NCBI RefSeq assembly: GCF_024298765.1
Contig: NZ_CP101210.1
DNA: 64,000 nt
Direction: 5' to 3' (one strand)
From: Escherichia coli
GTDB taxonomy: Bacteria > Pseudomonadota > Gammaproteobacteria > Enterobacterales > Enterobacteriaceae
Both the position numbers and the translations under genes were made by a program. The notes under the pieces are model-generated. The model had not been told where the DNA came from and did not search any database. It saw only the letters and a program-made list of their open reading frames with translations. Position 1 is the first letter of the stretch. Each line of letters opens with the position of its first letter. Of this stretch, positions 61,584-64,000 are shown piece by piece.

Positions 61584-61705
61584 TTCTTTTTTATCGAAAT
61601 CCTCATTAATAACCATTTGTTCTAATTTAGAGAATTTGGTTATTGGTCTGCATTCCACCAGTCATGAATAATTTCCTCATTAACATTCATCTGGTTAATT
61701 AATTT

Positions 61706-62764
61706 ATGTTTTCAATGATATTAAGCGGGCTAATTTGTGGTGCTCTGCTGGGATTTGTCATGCAGCGTGGGCGTTTTTGCCTGACAGGTGGTTTTCGCGA
61801 TATGTATATCGCGAAAAATAATCGCATGTTTTACGCCTTGCTGATTGCAATTTCGGTACAAAGCGTGGGGGTTTTTGCGTTAATTCAGGCGGGCCTACTG
61901 ACTTACGAAGCCGGGGCGTTCCCGTGGCTTGGTACTGTTATAGGTGGGTATCTTTTCGGGCTGGGAATTGTTCTGGCGGGTGGATGTGCCACCGGGACCT
62001 GGTATCGCGCGGGTGAGGGATTGATCGGCAGTTGGATCGCGCTTTTCACTTATATGGTGATGAGTGCGGTGATGCGTTCTCCACACGCCAGTGGTTTAAA
62101 TCAAACCTTGCAGCACTACACTACTGAACATAACTCTATTGCTGATACTTTTAATTTGTCTGTGTGGCCGTTGGTTGCCGTTTTGCTGGTGATAACGCTC
62201 TGGGTGGTGATGAAAGAGTTGAAGAAGCCAAAACTCAAAGTCGCGACCTTACCGCCGCGCCGAGCCGGGATCGCTCATATTCTGTTTGAAAAACGCTGGC
62301 ATCCCTTTGTCACAGCTGTACTCATCGGTTTGATTGCGCTTTTAGCCTGGCCCCTGAGTGAAGCAACCGGACGTATGTTTGGGTTAGGCATCACTTCCCC
62401 AACGGCCAATATTCTGCAATTTCTGGTCGCGGGTGACGTGAAATACATTAACTGGGGCGTTTTCCTGGTGTTAGGGATCTTCGTGGGGTCATTTATTGCC
62501 GCCAAAGCGAGCCGTGAGTTCCGCGTTCGCGCTGCTGATGCACAAACAACATTACGTAGCGGGTTAGGTGGTGTACTGATGGGCTTCGGTGCCAGCATTG
62601 CAGGTGGTTGCTCTATCGGTAATGGACTGGTCATGACTGCAATGATGACCTGGCAGGGCTGGATTGGCCTTGTATTTATGATTCTCGGAGTCTGGACTGC
62701 GTCCTGGCTTGTGTATGTTCGACCGCAGCGTAAGGCGCGACTGGCAACTGCTGCGGCAAATTAA
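61706..62764 (+). CDS. yeeE: YeeE/YedE-family inner membrane transporter (thiosulfate uptake-type)
   Basis: 352 aa; internal duplication with two GGCxxG-type motifs (GGCATGTWYRAGEG and GGCSIGNG). Confidence 0.85.
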   Translation: MFSMILSGLICGALLGFVMQRGRFCLTGGFRDMYIAKNNRMFYALLIAISVQSVGVFALIQAGLLTYEAGAFPWLGTVIGGYLFGLGIVLAGGCATGTWYRAGEGLIGSWIALFTYMVMSAVMRSPHASGLNQTLQHYTTEHNSIADTFNLSVWPLVAVLLVITLWVVMKELKKPKLKVATLPPRRAGIAHILFEKRWHPFVTAVLIGLIALLAWPLSEATGRMFGLGITSPTANILQFLVAGDVKYINWGVFLVLGIFVGSFIAAKASREFRVRAADAQTTLRSGLGGVLMGFGASIAGGCSIGNGLVMTAMMTWQGWIGLVFMILGVWTASWLVYVRPQRKARLATAAAN

Positions 62765-62777
62765 GTAAGGTGTAAAG

Positions 62778-63005
62778 ATGGCGATTAAAAAGCTGGATGT
62801 GGTGACGCAGGTCTGTCCGTTTCCACTCATAGAAGCAAAAGCAGCACTGGCAGAAATGGCCAGCGGCGATGAGTTGGTAATTGAGTTTGATTGCACCCAG
62901 GCAACTGAAGCAATCCCACAGTGGGCGGCAGAAGAAGGACATGCCATCACCGATTATCAGCAGATTGGCGATGCAGCGTGGAGCATCACCGTTCAAAAAG
63001 CCTGA
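62778..63005 (+). CDS. yeeD: TusA-like sulfurtransferase
   Basis: 75 aa; conserved CPFP motif (QVCPFPLIEAK); immediately downstream of yeeE. Confidence 0.9.
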   Translation: MAIKKLDVVTQVCPFPLIEAKAALAEMASGDELVIEFDCTQATEAIPQWAAEEGHAITDYQQIGDAAWSITVQKA

Positions 63006-63016
63006 CTCAACATTGT

Positions 63017-63040
63017 CCTCCGCCGTACCAGCGGCGGAGG
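63017..63040. terminator. Bidirectional terminator hairpin between yeeD (+) and sbcB (-)
   Basis: CCTCCGCCG tacca GCGGCGGAGG perfect inverted repeat between convergent stop codons. Confidence 0.7.
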
Positions 63041-63047
63041 CTTCAAA

Positions 63048-64000
63048 TTAGACGATCTCTTCCGCGTACTGCCAAAGCGCTTTTAACAGCGCCACTTTCT
63101 CTTTGTCATCGGCATACTGTTGTGCCAGCATCTGCAATTCATCAGCGTAGCCCTGCAAAAACTCTGGCGTGAAGACCTGGCGGCGGTGCTCAAGCCAGCG
63201 TTGCTGCTCGGCATAATCCAGCGTCCCCGGGAAGTTGCGCGCCCGATAATTGAACAACAGTTTTTCAATTCGTTTATCAACAAAAGTGATATCCAGTGCC
63301 GGTAAATTACGCGGCTCGGTTTCCAGCACAATTTTCATTGCTGCACGATCGGCGTCACTGAAAAAGCCGTTATAAAGCTGTGCATCCACGTTATCTGAAG
63401 GCGTAAACGGTTCGGCTTCCGCGAATATCGCCACCACTTTTTCACGCACTTGCGGATTTTCACGCAGAATTTTTAGGTTATCGAGGCAATGCTGACGATT
63501 AATTCCCAGTCGGTCGGCATCTTCCGGGCGTAGCGTATTCGCCTGGGCCAGTACCGGACATTTATTGATGTGCACCAGCTTAATCGGAACGGCGGCGTTA
63601 TCGCCAAGATCGGCTTTTGCGGTATATAAACGCTCGCGCAATGTGTCGCTATCCAGCTCCAGTAATGGCGAAATGTCTCCTGCCAAATCCACCATAATTA
63701 CGGCATTGCGATTTTCAGGATGCCACGCCAGCGGTGCCACCCAGCTGGTATTGCCGCGCCATGCCCCAAACATTCCGGAAACGTGAACCAGGGGTTTCAT
63801 CTGCGGAACATCAATCAACGCCATCAGTTTGTGTTTATTACGATGGGTAAAGAGATATTCAAACAGACGTGGCTGACGCGTTTTTACCAGTTTCGCCATC
63901 GCAATAGTGGCGTACACATCAGCCATCGCATCGTGGGCGTTGCTATGTTCAATTCCATTCGCTTTGGTTAAATGCTCAAGGCGAAAGCTCGGTAGACCGT
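63048..64000 (-). CDS. sbcB: Exodeoxyribonuclease I, C-terminal part (N-terminus beyond window end)
   Basis: Minus-strand frame open to the window edge; ...MADVYATIAMAKLVKTRQPRLFEYLF... through ...LKALWQYAEEIV*; the track start 63926 is an internal Met. Confidence 0.85.
   Translation of the reverse strand, partial: GLPSFRLEHLTKANGIEHSNAHDAMADVYATIAMAKLVKTRQPRLFEYLFTHRNKHKLMALIDVPQMKPLVHVSGMFGAWRGNTSWVAPLAWHPENRNAVIMVDLAGDISPLLELDSDTLRERLYTAKADLGDNAAVPIKLVHINKCPVLAQANTLRPEDADRLGINRQHCLDNLKILRENPQVREKVVAIFAEAEPFTPSDNVDAQLYNGFFSDADRAAMKIVLETEPRNLPALDITFVDKRIEKLLFNYRARNFPGTLDYAEQQRWLEHRRQVFTPEFLQGYADELQMLAQQYADDKEKVALLKALWQYAEEIV

Overview
Enterobacterial (E. coli-type) chromosomal segment with no novel defence or other undescribed system that I can support. 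Gene order is dcd (3' end) - asmA - yegH - colanic acid cluster (wza to wcaM) - gne - galF - a fucose-type O-antigen cluster - gnd - ugd - wzzB - histidine operon (minus strand, hisL to hisI) - yefM/yoeB - yeeZ - yeeY - plaP - yeeE - yeeD - sbcB (partial). The accessory part is the AT-rich O-antigen cluster (about 31.2-45.9 kb), with its own gmd-fcl-gmm-manC-manB module, a GT11 alpha-1,2-fucosyltransferase, wzx, wzy and two galE-like epimerases; serogroup cannot be assigned without a database search. Two things stand out. First, an IS3 copy (30056-31202) with an apparent 111-bp in-frame deletion in its transposase sits 5 bp after the ops/JUMPstart element and 36 bp before the first O-antigen gene. 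Second, the O-antigen gmd-fcl-gmm and manB are near-identical to the colanic acid paralogues about 19.8 kb upstream, including about 1.3 kb of perfect identity, which points to recent intragenomic gene conversion. All calls rest on reading the sequence and ORF track plus recalled family knowledge; no searches were run.
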